Assembly: GCA_011109175.1 (NCBI GenBank) | Contig: RDEW01000061.1 | Location: 124,001 to 188,000 of the forward strand | Direction: 5' to 3' | DNA from: Dicyema japonicum | Taxonomy: Eukaryota > Animalia > Dicyemida | DNA length: 64,000 nucleotides | Shown: in pieces, positions 50,599-64,000 of the stretch | Layout of the letters: the number at the start of each line of letters is the position of its first letter | Numbering within the stretch: position 1 is the first letter of the stretch | The notes under the pieces: model-generated | The model's input: the letters and a program-made list of their open reading frames with translations, nothing else | Told to the model about the DNA's origin: nothing | Database searches by the model: none | Translations under genes and position numbers: made by a program

Positions 50599-52866
50599 CT
50601 AATTAGAACAGTTGGGATCTAAATATGCAAAAGATTACTCTTATAAAGGAATGAGATTGGTTGACTTGATTTGTTATTACAGCGTACTATCACATAAAGA
50701 TCTGTAGAACCATTAGCTCTAGCATATTCTTCTGGGTAAAAAGGTACTTTGCACACAATGTGCATCTAATTTACATATATTAATTTACCGGAGTACTTAA
50801 ATCAGAGTCAATGACAGCTTGAACACTCCAGGAATATTTTTTACCTGAAGGATTATCAGCTTCTATTATATTATCATAAAATAGAACGAAGGCGTTCTTT
50901 AAAAAGTTTTTCCCAATAATAGCTAATTCATTGCCCGGAAAGGCAGAAGGAGGAATCACTTTAGTGATTTCAGGATTCCCCATTGGTTGAACTAGTAAAT
51001 TTATTTATTTAATCTTAACCACATACAATGGAGTTACTCCGAGTTTGGACAACACTGTAATCCATATCACCATAAGGCACAATAGCACGGTAAACCAAAC
51101 AGCATTTTGACGTTTTTTTCCTGGTTTTTAGTCCAAATCTGTGTTCAACGTCAGAATTACGAAGTTTGAGGATTCCAATTCCATCAAGACTATAAATAAT
51201 ATAATTAGAATTGTAAATTTAATATATAAAATAGAATTAAAAAAATTAAATTATTACATTAAGGTCATGTGCTGGTCTGGCGAGAAATCATATTCGAGAA
51301 CATTTATTCCGTCCACTGTGATTTCTCTCGGATCTGTAGAGTTTTTAAAAGAAGCTCGAGATATTTGATAGAACAGACTGGGCATTCCAGTGTTCCCCTC
51401 AACCCCAATAAATACATGTAACTTGGCTCCTTGCCTTCAAAACCGACCAACTGCCACAAGAATAGATTTCATACCTTTATCGTTGGATACGAAGTTCCAG
51501 TCCCATCCCTCAGAGTTGTGCGACTTCCCTCAGTAAGATATCGAGCTCTGTGGAACATGTCTGGTTGCAGGATGTTTTTAAGATGAAGAATCCCTACACA
51601 TTTTGGAAATCTTTTGAAAAGTGAGGGAATTGTGTTTGCATCAATCGTTTTTCTACTATTTGAAAAATTTCTGTGTTTTTTTCTACATCGATTATGCGAA
51701 AAACTAGATGTGTCTGATTGACTGGTAAAATACAAGGAATTATGTCTTCTGGCGATCTTTCTGGAACTCCCCTAATGTAAACGATATTATTTTACTTGAT
51801 TTAATTTTCTTAAATTTTTTCTCGGATTTTGCATATTAGTGGTAGAATTATATTTTGGTACTAAATTTAACTTACTCAACTCCACCTTCAAAGTTCGACT
51901 CAGAGCTCCCTTCTCTCGATCTATTTTCAGAATACTGAGACTAAATTGGTATCATAGTAAGACTACGTCGGATGTCTGATTAGCTGTCTCAAAGGGTTCG
52001 GATTCTTGGGAAGGGTTTAGTTTATCTTCGAATGAATCTCTCATAAAATTAGGGATGACGATTTGATCTGATACATTTTTGGGTCCATTATAGTTTGGTG
52101 GGGTATTTGTTACTAAACTTGTGACGTATGAATGGTTATCGTTAGAATTTGTGGTTTTACTTTGAAAACTGTTGTTCATTTGCGTAAACTTTACGCATGA
52201 ATTACTCTGAGACTGAGTTGCATAGCCAAAATGAGGGTATGACTCAAAACTTTGCTGAAGTTGCGGTCGGTTTTGACAGTCATTATATTTTTCATCGCAG
52301 TCTGGCACAGTTATTTGCCGAAATAATTTCATTAGGGCATTTTTCTCTTCCGGGTTTGCGATAGCTTTCTGAAAAAGTGTTACCAATGATGACTCCGGAT
52401 TTGTATTAGACATTACTGTTTGTGTGGTTTGTGCGGTTAAATCTGGAAAATACTGAGGCTTGGATGTTTCTTTAGTGTCCATCAAATTTGAATATTGATG
52501 ATTCTGAACATTTTCAGCAGGCTGGTAGAATAGTTGGGAATAATTGTTTGTTACAGAATTGCTGTAAATTAAATTACTGTCTGCAATCGGATTAGTTTGT
52601 TGGCTTTCTAAAGGCGGCGCTAACTAAAGGCTTTAACTAAAAATAATACATTCAAATAGTTTGTATTATTTTCTGACGGTGCGAGGTGGTTCTCAAAATT
52701 TGGAAAAAATGGATACTGATAGTCTTGATCGGATAAATTGTGGAATATTGACTGATCTTCATTATTATTTCCTAATAGTGTTTAGCATCAAAAACAAGTT
52801 GCCACAAAATGATTAATTATTATGTAAATCTATACCATTTAATTTCACATGCTGATTGTTCTCCAT
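50599..52866 (-). CDS. NFAT5: NFAT5/TonEBP-like Rel-homology transcription factor
   Basis: QPDMFHRARYLTEGSR, LHVFIG, FYQ, DGIGILKLRNSDVE (RHD) and PEITKV...IIGKNFLK (IPT). Q/N/S-rich N-terminus, several tiny introns. Termini inferred. Confidence 0.85.
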
Positions 52867-54129
52867 TTTTGAATGACCTAAATTTCAAATAACAGAATAA
52901 CAAATAAATAATTTTTATTCACTTTTAGGTTTGACAAATATATTAAAATAAAAATATTTTATTTTGATAAAACTTGTCGAATTTTTATTAACAAATAAAC
53001 GCCATGGAAAGTTACTTCATGCCAGAAATTACTAGAAAATATTGAGGCAGACCTAGAATGAGTCTACTGGCTGCCCTCAACGGTGATCTATCGAATATAA
53101 AAATGAAATCGTTAACTCTGGAGATATTTAAATTCTTAGTAAGAAAATGTACAGCAGAGAGGCGTTAATAAAAATGGCAGGTCAGATCTGCGATAAGACG
53201 GCACAAAATATTAATGACTATATATCTCGAATAGTGCTTTAATAGTAATAACAATAATAAACAATACTTGAGTACGATTACACATAATAACTCGTAGTGC
53301 AAAGTACACGCACATAGTTTACTTTATGATTAGTTCAGAAAGTGCCTAACACTACTCTCATATCATCTCTTACCTTAGCAAAAATATATTCCATGTAGTC
53401 AAACGACACTGCCAGTCGGACTCAGGTTCTCACCCTGGTCATTCTATTCCACCTCAGCTGTGTCTGTTTGACAAAGGCTTCTGCCAATGCACTTTTGTTG
53501 AGACTGCCCGAACTGTGATTCCAGTCATTCTGAATTACTCTGTCTGATATTCACGTGAAGAAACTTTCTTTGCAGAGGATAATCGCTTGTGGTAATTATA
53601 AAAATCCAGACTCCCGATCCGGATTCCTAAGCAGTCTCAATACGGTGTTCGTGCTGCAGTCAAATCTGAAAATGAACAACCGTAGTTCTTATGCTCTTAT
53701 CCCCTTTGATTCTTCTCTACGATCAGTAGACCACACTTTTGTTATTCAGCAAGGTCCAAGATGAGGTTTATGTACTACTCTTCCCTTCTACCACTTCTGT
53801 GGACATTCCATGTTCTAGTTTGTTAAACCAGAAGATGCTAGTAGTCTCAAGAAGCATATGAGCCATAAACTTCTTGAATTTGATTCGAGAGCCGTCCTTT
53901 TCCTTAATTCTGTCCACACTGTAGCTATCTCCAGCTCTAAGATGTTTGAAAATTACTTCCGTCATTTATGCTTGAAAATTGTGCAAGACGTGTCTGCACC
54001 CGATTGGTGCCGGAGTTGTCTTCCGTCCAAATTGCATTGGTGGTAGGAATGGTTTTTGTGGCAGCTGCTCATGTTGGTAGAACCTTTCAATTTTTGATGA
54101 CAGCACTCAGCGAACGGTTGTTATCAAAT

Positions 54130-55190
54130 TAAGCATATCAAACGCTTCCAACAGCATTAGACTTTAGGAGGCATTTGTAAACCGCGCTATGGAGATCTGA
54201 AATTTCGTATTCATAGCGTATGGAACAAAAGCGCTCTTTTGTTTGGGGATGAGGTCGTCAGCTTAAGGACGGGAGTCCAACAAGGAGACCCGTTGGAACT
54301 CTCCTTTTCGCTTTGATAATTGACGACGTAGCACACAATATGAAATCTCCTTTCAATTTGTGGTACATGGGTGATGCTATAATCTGTGGTCGAAATGACG
54401 TTCTGTATCGTCTTACTCTTTTCGTGAGCTCGATCTATTTTGAATTTCTCTTTGTCTTCGTTGTTGAAGAATTTGGTGAATTCTTGCCTACGCCAAGTTG
54501 ACCCAGATATCTGATCTTATCTTTTTCTGTGTTTCGTTCGATGATGGTAAACTAAGGGATGCTTTCTCCCTAAAGAATTAGAATCTTGGTTACATGTCCT
54601 GAAGACTGAAGCTGTTTGATGCACCATATTGTGTTTTTGACCAAAGAACTGTCTGTATCCATGTACCGAAGCTCACGTACAAGATCAGATGTTTTCCTGT
54701 TTTCAGGTATATTGACATCCTTGGATCATTTGATTCTACTTTAAAGGCTTCAGTCAAAGATAATCCAAATATCTAGTTGGGTGGCACGAACTGATCCCAA
54801 TGTAAACCTCCGATTGCTGTGAGTGGTCTTGGTTTCAGGTTAACGACTTATGTCGCATTTAATGCCTATTTGTCTTTGTGTGCTACAAGTTACTGCCTCA
54901 CGGCTGAGATCTTATATAACTCCTCAAGAATTCCATTCGAAGGCCAGATTATGTGAAGATTCGACTTTGAAGTTACCAAAAATAAACTGCAACAAAAATC
55001 GTTGGATGAGCTTTCCGGGTCAATCAGTACTGCCGCGCTTGTCTCCGAACGGCGCACATTGAAGACAGCTAACCCACTCCTGAGCGTCGTAGTGTTGTTG
55101 GACAACAAAATTCTTTGTATCTGTATTGGATTCATCTCGGATTCGAGGTTAGTGAACCTCACACGTATCATTGTAAGGTGGTTAAGTTGA
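54130..55190 (+). mobile_element. Degraded CRE-clade remnant
   Basis: GVQQGDPLE, SPFNLWYMGD, GLG motif, LCICIG. Confidence 0.6.
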
Positions 55191-58100
55191 CTTGAAAAAG
55201 ATTCATTATATTTCTTGGAAAAGGAAATTAGAGATCATTTTCATTTGTCCCAATCGCCTTCGAAACCTCTGGAGCAGTTGGAAAAATTGATAAGGAGCCA
55301 GCAACAAAATTGGAGATGCAACTGCTTATTGACTCCCGAAAACGTAGATGGTTTTCATATCGTCTTGGAATCGCCATCGTCCAAGGTAATGCTCACTGTT
55401 TCTTGGCAGCTGGAACTTGATTTGTTTCTTTGGTTTTTTTGAATAAATCTCAAACGAGATTCGATTATTCCATATGTGGTGTTTTAATAAGGATGCTGGA
55501 GGAGCACGAGACATAAATTCTTGAATATTGGAAACGCCAATGTCACGAGCATATAATTTCTTTTCTTAACTACTATTTAAACCCGAAGAATACACTGAGA
55601 TGCATTTTATTATCTTTCGACTGTTAAGAAAGAATCATGTCCATGTAATGTCGGCTAATATAGACTGACTTTACATACGTAGGTCTAAGCTAGATCGTGG
55701 TCTCTGATGTAATCCTCAAAAGTGAGAGGTTATTACTGCGTATGCTTCCGAAATCGAGTCTGAAACAGCAACATCTGATAATAAAAAGGCAATCTTGGCT
55801 GTTGAAAAGTCAAGACAAGTACAATTAAGTACCAATTATACTAACTAGTTGTCTTATGCCAGTTTTATTAATAACATCTGCCCGATTATGTCCCAATTTT
55901 ACATTTCTTGGTTAACAATTCTTTACATTTCTTCAGAGTAAAAAAAAGTTAATAGTCAATTTCTACGGTCGCAGAAGTACAGAGAGCTCCAGCATCTCAG
56001 TCTTGTAGAAAAAACAGCCTCTTTGATATGCGTAGTCCATTCGCCTACGTCTGATATAATTTTCTATAAAGAACTCGTGGTTAACCTTTCCAAGATATCT
56101 TTACATAAAGGATTTGTTTTTATTGTGTTTGTTTGAATAAATCTCAGAGAGATTTGTTAGTTTACTGTACTCAGAAATTCGAGGAAGTGCGGGGAAAATT
56201 AAAGATTATTTTTGAGAGTCAATCTTGATTGAGGACCACAACTCCAAACACCATAGCTTTGGATGCGGGAGCTCTAACCAAGATGGACGCTTACTTAATA
56301 GACTATCTGACCAGCATAAATTCATTGTACTGATATCTGAAGAAGTAAAAAACTTCTCATTTTGGAGAGATAAAATCAGAGTATTTCCTATCTCCATCTT
56401 TTTATGGAGCTCTCAACGATATTATGAAAAATAAAAAGTGATCAATTTTCTCGGTTGGTGATGATCAACTTCGAAACAAAAAGAGCCTTTGGAGTGTTCA
56501 TAGCTAACGTCGGTTTTGCGGATTGGAACCACTACAAAATGTTTGTTGCTATGAAATTGACAGAATTTCCCAATCTCACATCTTGACGATGAGGGAAATG
56601 TAAATGAGGAGGATGGAGATAAGGAACATAATATAAGCTACCTGGACCGTTATGCAAACCATATCTACTCCAAAGAAAAGTCAAGTGGCCTACCCTAACA
56701 TGTTAAACGGAAAATAACAAAAAAAATTGTTTATGGGCAAAATTGCGACGGTCCGTCTACCCGTGATATGAAAAAATACTTTCAAGGAGAATCCAAAGCA
56801 TCTAAAAAGACAAGCTTCTCAAAGAAAATGTAGACAAGAAGTGGAAATCTGAAGTTGGAATGCTAGACTAAAAAAAGTCTGAAAATATATCGAAAACTAA
56901 TGTGCTCAAGTACTTAATTGTACTTCAAAAACCCGATGGCACGGAGTCAAACCAATGGGAGCTACAGCGAATGCAAGTAATTGATACACATAATTCTAGT
57001 TTTTTCACATATTGTTACCAAATTTTCAACATTAGGCGAGAATGACATGCACATGTCAAAAATCACCTCAAATATCTTTTGAGATATGCTAACGGGAATA
57101 AGGTCGTTGTTTTATTTAAATTCGACTGTTCTGTCTTTTGATTTTTTGTAAGATGAAAAAAAAGTTGTTACGAACGTTTCAGTACTGGTCGACAGAACGT
57201 TTTCATTAACCATTCGTTGAGATGGTCCAGGTTTTGTTACAATCTTGGAGTAGTAGCCTGGTGTCTTAACGACCCGCTAAGCTATGGCGATATCGTCAGC
57301 ATAAGTGAGAAAAATATCTTTTCCGGTTTTCGCTTTTGGGAAATAGGTCATGAATAGATTAAATAAAGAAGAGATAAAAAATCCTTTAGAAACACGATTA
57401 GGATGAAATTTTGACTGTCGATGCAAACACTTCCCCTCCGATCGCTAGGCAGTGTTTAAGGTTTGGAGAGATTTTTGCTCGAAAATTTTTCCATGTAAAA
57501 AATCTCCCGCGACAGAGTCAAGAGCCTTGTGGACGTCAATGGAACAAAAAATAGTCCTCAGATGTTCTGGCTTATACGAAAATCCATAATGTATAAAGTT
57601 AGTCAAGACTGATAGGTAAGTCAAAGTAGATTTCTCCTCTTTGAATTCATGTTGAAATGTCTTGGGAGAAATTCTTTGATTTTTGGGAGAACCAACCTCT
57701 CCGGGAAGCGAACTCTTAATTTATTCAAGCCAAAAAGCTTGATGAAAAAAATATTTGAAAAAAATTATTTTTTGGCTTGATATATTAAAATTTATTGCCT
57801 ACTTATTCCGATTATTCAGGTCATAAGATTTGAGAAGAAAGGTTCACTGAGAATATGCATGCAAGATTCCTTTTGGGTTATATTTTCATTTTATTTACGG
57901 CTTTCTGAAGGGAGTTGGATTAATCGGAACATTGCAAACTAGGTGATCAAATTGGAATCGTGGTAATCAACATGGGTCGATCAGACGTAACAAAGATTAT
58001 TCTTAGAAACGTTATTGATTGAGCGTTTAATTGAGGAAAATGTAATTCACAGTGATTCAAACAAATAGCATTAATGTGTTGCAAAAGTTTTTTTGGCTGA

Positions 58101-58399
58101 ATCCTATTATGTAGAAATTTTTAGAACGTTATAGATAAAAATTTTTGTTTTTTTGATAGATAGTTCATCAGACAAAAAGTAAGGGAGAATGCATATTTAA
58201 TAAAAGTCAAACAAGACAATGATACCCATACCTTAGGCCCAAAAATTTTGTGTCACTTCTAATAGTAAATTGATATAACCAGGTTTAACCTAAACCATAA
58301 AAAGAATTCTTAAAATGGAAGAATTCGCTAATAATCACAAAAACCTAATAAATTTTTACATTTATGAAAATTAAAATAAGCCAATAACATAAAGTTATA

Positions 58400-60440
58400 A
58401 TTTCTCAAGCGACCATAATCCCATTGTGTTGAGACTTAGAAAGCCTATTTGTTCACCGTGTTGTTCTACAAAGTTAAAAAATTACTTGAAAATTGACTGG
58501 CAAGGTTTCAGGACGTATGTGGACAATAGTCTCCTTGACCTTACTATGGTTAATTGTACAGTAAAGGAGACGGCCAAGATTCTGTTTGTTATCACTTTGA
58601 ACGCTGATAAACTATTTATACCCGTCGCCTCTTACAAGAAGTTCAATCCAAGATTATCATTGCAAATTGTATTATCATCAAGAAACGAGATGCGCTGAAG
58701 AGGAAAAGAACACAGACCAATAACTCCTTCTACTCCATACGTTCACTGAATACTAAATTATCTGAGCTTATCCGAACTAACAACAAACTCAAATGGAGCC
58801 GCCTAGTTGGACGACTATGTCACAAAAACTCTTGTGCCACATTTTAGAAAACGCTAAAAAAGATCAATAGCCTCATCAATGAGGAGGACAGCGTAACTGA
58901 GGCTGTTACCCGCACGTAAACTCGCAAACAAGATTATGAAGTACTACGTATCGATCAGCATAAAAATTTTTCTCGTTCTACACTTGTTGAACGGCGCCGG
59001 CCACAACAATAAGCATATTCCATCTTTTTCACCTTCGATGATGTTGACAAGGCTATTAAATTGCTACGTCCCACTCGTGCTTGTAGTCCCGACGGTATTT
59101 GCACTATTCACCTCAAACACCTTGGACCTCAGGCACGGGTCATACTATCAAGACTGTACAACGACTCTATCAACTACCATACGCTACCTAATATATGGAA
59201 AAACTCCCTGATTACGCCAATCCTAAAGCCCAGATAACCAAAAGACGTTCCCTCTTCTTACCGCGCTATCTCAATAACTTGTGTTTTATCAAAAGTACTA
59301 GAAAAGCTTATGTTAATGCGCATCTCTCCTGTTATACATCTACAAAAGTTTCAACATGGTTTCAGGGCAGACCGTTCTACAACGACTCATCTAGGTTCTA
59401 TCTCACAGTTTATTACCGACGGCTTCAACATGAGAACACACTTACGGACGGCCTTAGTATCCATCGACATACAGAAGGCCTTTGATTCTGTTTAATTCGA
59501 CTTACACCCAAACATCAAGCTATAGCTGGAACCTTTTTAACTGGACGACGTGGAAGGGTCCAGATTGACAAAACCACTTCAAAATCAAGACTACTCCCCA
59601 ATGGAGTCCCGCAAGGCTCCCATTTATCTCTTTTTTTTTCAACCTATTTCTACATGACCTACCTACTACCAATGACCAGGACACTATGTTTCTATCCTAT
59701 GCGGACGACCTAATTATCGCTGCAAGAGATAAATCTCTTTCCATGGCTGTAGCAACTGTCCAGACACACCTAAACCGAATTTGTGACTGGCTATCTGCAA
59801 ATATGTTATTTGTATCAGCATCCAAGTCTCAGTTCACATTATTCACTACGGCCAGAAGGTTTAAAGATGGGCTTGAGATATCCATCGGAAACATTCCCAT
59901 CCCTTCTACGCGGCCCAAAGATCCTTGGTGTAGTTTTCGACTCTCTGTTGACGTTCTCGAGTCACATGGAGGAGCTGCTTGCCAAGGTCTTCGGAAATAG
60001 AACATTTTGAATGTGATGATAAAGAAGAGCCCTTTCCCCCTGCTGCTTGCGTCAGCAAAGTCTATCAACAAGTCATCGTACCTACCATTGAATATGCCTG
60101 CTCCGCCTGGAAATTTGCGATTCCCTCTTCGAGAGTAGACCGTTTGAACTCCCTCAGGCAGAAAATTATGCACCATACGGACATCCATATTGGCGGTCTC
60201 GTTTCTGATGAGGCAAAGTTGAAGAATGGCCAGGGTTTCCTACGTTTCTGCAAGTAACTGGGAAACCCACTCAAGGAAAAAGTGGCCCATGCAGAGGAAT
60301 TTTGGTCGGTAATAAAAAAATGAACGTCGATTGAATTCCTTTGCAGAAGGCGCTTCCGGAATGCGGTTGGATCATCAGAAGACCAAATGAAGAGAGTTCG
60401 GATGTTGTTGGAGGCTGGGATCACCTAATTAGTTAGTTTT
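58400..60440 (+). mobile_element. Degraded Ingi/I-like LINE
   Basis: HLKHLGP, QHGFRADRSTTT, IDIQKAFDSV, GVPQG, YADD, PKILGVVFD; (TTAG)n tail. Confidence 0.8.
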
Positions 60441-60530
60441 GCCCTATCTTTCCTGGTGGTCTTGAAGTTAAATAAATTTAAATTAAATAACATAAACCAA
60501 CCATTTATGAATTAATGAAAGTGAATAAAT

Positions 60531-60919
60531 TTAATTATCTAGAAATAATAAGGGGGAGAACCTTTTTTGTACTGCCAGGGAGAGTTATCAAGAGGACATA
60601 CATTTCTATTGACCAGCCATCGAGAAATGCAATGAAAATGAAAAACGTGCTATATAAAGTAATTAAAAATTGAACATTGCAGACTCCTCGTGAAAGTTTA
60701 CATTCGACTTCATCTGAAGCCTGACAGTCGATGCACTTGTCCATCACGTGAGAACGACATATTGCACAATTGTCCATGCTACTGTCTAAATGTAAGAATT
60801 AATGAAGTAACCCCAAGACCAAAAGCGACAGCATTCCACTAAGAATAAGTATTAAGAATTGCCTTTTTAATTTCAATTCTGCCTTTTGGCACTGAAGTCT
60901 TAGGTTCCTCAACATCCAT
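60531..60919 (-). CDS. RBX1: RING-box protein 1 (RBX1/ROC1)
   Basis: EIKK|WNAVA(F)WSWD...[19 protein letters not shown]...GVCN|[20 protein letters not shown]. Introns of 24 (GC-AG), 26, 26 and probably 23 nt. One T is missing in a homopolymer. Confidence 0.92.
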
Positions 60920-62299
60920 TTTTGAACCACAAAGAAAATTCAGATTTATATTATGTAATTTTTTATAATTAATTTTTAAATTATTAATATTTTTTAATTG
61001 TTAATAAACTCACCTAGCCTGGTGACGACCTTATTGATCATCTCTAGGTCAAACCTCCAAAATCACGGAACGCTGGATTTCTGGAAAGTTCCAGCCACCA
61101 TTGCCACTTGAAGCCTTGATACGAATGAACCATGGAACGCGCCGTCGTGACTGCGAAGGTCCAATCACTCGATCGATACGTGCTTGTGTGGGGTCGAGGG
61201 AGGAGCATCGGGCCAAGATGAGGTCTGCTAGTGCGTGCTGGGATCACGTGATTAGTTAGTTTGTGTAACCGTGGTATCTGGTGTAATTATTATTATTTCT
61301 ATACCAAATCCTGGATCCAATCAAAGATATCACTCTTCAAAACTTCTACATTCTCACAATCAGGTCAGATCGATAGTTTTTTCTAAAGGGAAAGTTGGTA
61401 GCTACTTTCTTGTTTTTTAGCTGCGATATGATTTGGTTTTTTTTAACAGAGTATGATCAGTCCTCGATGCGTATATTAAGCATTAAATATAAAGAGGAAA
61501 AACTCTTTTTAAATTCTCAATTATCTCATGCATACATTGGCTCGGAAAGCCTTTCTCTTCCAAAAAGTCCGTTTTTCTTTCAATTAGCACTCCAAGATAG
61601 CGTAGAATCTCTTTGTTAGTTAGAGATGCACAGAAGGTTAGCTTTCTCTGCCGAGGTGTTCTAATTTCTGAAACACATCATCAGTAGATTTCTTTGACAT
61701 ATTTATGAAGCCTCTTTTACGATAATTTTCTTGATTTGGACACATCCGAGATAATGAAGTAATTTGCACAGAGAATTTCCATACTCAGTATATTAGAGCG
61801 GTATATCAGCCATGAGAATGTTAAATAGTAACGGACCGATCACCGAACCCTGCGAGACTTCTCTCTTCGGTTTTACTGCTTCTGATAAAAACCCGCTGTA
61901 TTTAATCGACGAATTCCATTCAAATCATAGTAATTCCAATGGGGCCTTTGTTCGGATGGACGGGATAATAGTACTTCATACCAAACATCGAATGTCTTGG
62001 AAGTATCAAACAAATGACGTTGAGGTGACATTTGACATCTCTTGATTTGTTCATTTTCGAGTTTATAAGAAACAGACAGTTTTTATAAGACCTGACAAAC
62101 CAAAATCTGTACTGTTGGTTTTTTAGGGAGTCACTCCTTTCTATAGCTCATGATAGCCATATACTATAGAGCAGATCAAACAGACCGTAGCTTACTAGGT
62201 CTTTTTTGGATTTTCCTCGTTTAGGTTGTGATCTATGTGGGGTAGGTACTGAGATTTTCTGCAAGGATATTGCTCGGCCATCAACCGTGTCAGCGTTAT

Positions 62300-64000
62300 G
62301 TGTACCAACTCCTTGTGTTCGTTTTAAATGATTCATAAAAATCGCAATTTTACACCAATGACGCGTTCAAAACACATCATATTTTATGACTATATTAATG
62401 CTGACTGGACAAGATTCAGAAAATACGTGGATTCGGCCCTATTAAATTTCCATCCGAATAATTTCAACTCAATTGATCGAGCAGTCTATCACTTTAATAA
62501 GGTGATTTTGGAAGGAAGAAAACTATTTGTCAGAAAAGGAATCTTAAAGCTCACTAAGAAGAAATATGATATAAGCACAATCAAACTAATAAAAGAAAGG
62601 AATTGTCTCAAACGTAAAAAGCACATAACAAAACATGATACTAACAGAATCCGAGCACTGAACATGAAGGTCAACGAAAAGACGAAACTTCTCCAAAAAC
62701 AAAACTGGGCCAAATTTCTAGAGCTATGAAAAAAAATAGTTCACTTACCAAGATGTGGAAAATGCTGCGAAATATCAAGAATGCTGAAAACAATATCGAG
62801 GGAGACCGTGAACAGGAGGTGGATCTGAATAAATTTATCAAACATTGTGTGAGAATAAGCCACAAACCAGTCCAAAGGATGGACATTCCCCCACAAAAAA
62901 AACCGAAACCGAAAAGGAAGCACCTAACAATGTATGTTTTACCGGGAGATGTCGCTTTTGGAGATCTATCGAACAAAGAAAACACATTCCTGTGGACCGG
63001 ACGGGATCCCGGTTATTCTGTTAAAAAGATGGCACAATGGGAGTATCAGCACTAACATGCATCTTCAACTACTCAATCAACTTCAACTGTATTCCCGTTA
63101 TATGGAAACTTTAGAATATTCATCCAATACTGAAGCCTGGGAAACCAAAGGAGGACTCTGCTTCTCACAGGCCTTTGTCGCTCTTGTGCGTCCAGATAAG
63201 AATCATAGAAAAGATGGTTATGATACTCACACGACATTCCTTCCCGGAAGCCAGTTTTCAGCATGGTTTTAAAGAGACGATCAACTTTCACACACCTAAA
63301 TATTGAAGAAGTTCATAACAGATGACCTTACAAAAACCAGGACAGAAAAAAACGATTGTATGCTCAATTGATATCCAGAAGGCTTTTGACTCGGTTTCGA
63401 GGAAGATTATCTCGCACAAAATATATTCGTCGAACATTGACGCAAACCTGAAATTATGGTTGGGAAATTTCTTGAGTGGTCGACGTGGACGAATACACTA
63501 TGGCAATCGATGTTCCGTATCGAGACTATTAGCAAATGGCGCTCCCCAGGGCTCCCCATTATTTCCCCTATTGTTGTGATGGATGACTTGCCACTTTCCC
63601 AGGAGGACGATAACATATTGTTAACGTATGCTGATGATATAGTCATTGCTTCGAAAGATGTGAGTATCGTGGAAGCAACGAAAAGAATACAGGACAATAT
63701 GAATAAATTAAGTTTATGGCTTTGGGAAAATAAGGTGACTGCTAGCCCGGAGAAGTCGGTGTCGACCCTATTCACGACAAACAGAAGACTAGGGAAAGTA
63801 TCAATTGACGTCACACTGGATGGGAAGATTATCCGCAAAACAAATACCAGAAAATCCTGGGAGTCACCTTGGACACCTTCTTAACCTTTACAAAATATGT
63901 CGAAAATATGTTATTGATTTGTGCGAGGAAACTCAACTTCCTGAAGGCGTTCTTGTGAAACCTAAGAGACATGAAAGATCTGAGTGGTCTGGATGTCATA
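62300..64000 (+). mobile_element. Degraded Ingi/I-like LINE running off the window end
   Basis: ADWTRFR, GPDGI, QHGF, SIDIQKAFDSV, GAPQGS, YADD, ILGVTLD. Confidence 0.8.

Overview
AT-rich eukaryotic nuclear DNA from a highly reduced animal-like genome; no CRISPR array, prophage or prokaryotic operon is present. Seven host genes can be reconstructed: BRI3, MED26, a MIEAP/SPATA18-domain gene, an FCHO-like F-BAR/muHD gene, CEPT1, NFAT5-like and RBX1, plus one solitary 5S rRNA gene. Most are split by ultra-short introns of 20-31 nt, including a GC-AG intron. That architecture suggests a dicyemid-, myxozoan- or orthonectid-type parasite (inference). Most of the window is mobile DNA. Retroelements: nested RTE LINEs, a full-length Ingi/Vingi-like LINE with a 2A StopGo peptide, CRE- and NeSL/R4-clade fragments, and a tRNA-derived SINE family whose tail matches an RTE 3' end. 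DNA transposons: Merlin, pogo/Tigger, hAT, and TGT...ACA Ginger-type elements (one with an integrase carrying a 24-nt intron, one non-autonomous with a 95-bp tandem array). Recurrent single-base deletions at short homopolymers, even in essential genes, suggest unpolished long-read errors. All family assignments are from motif recognition by eye.
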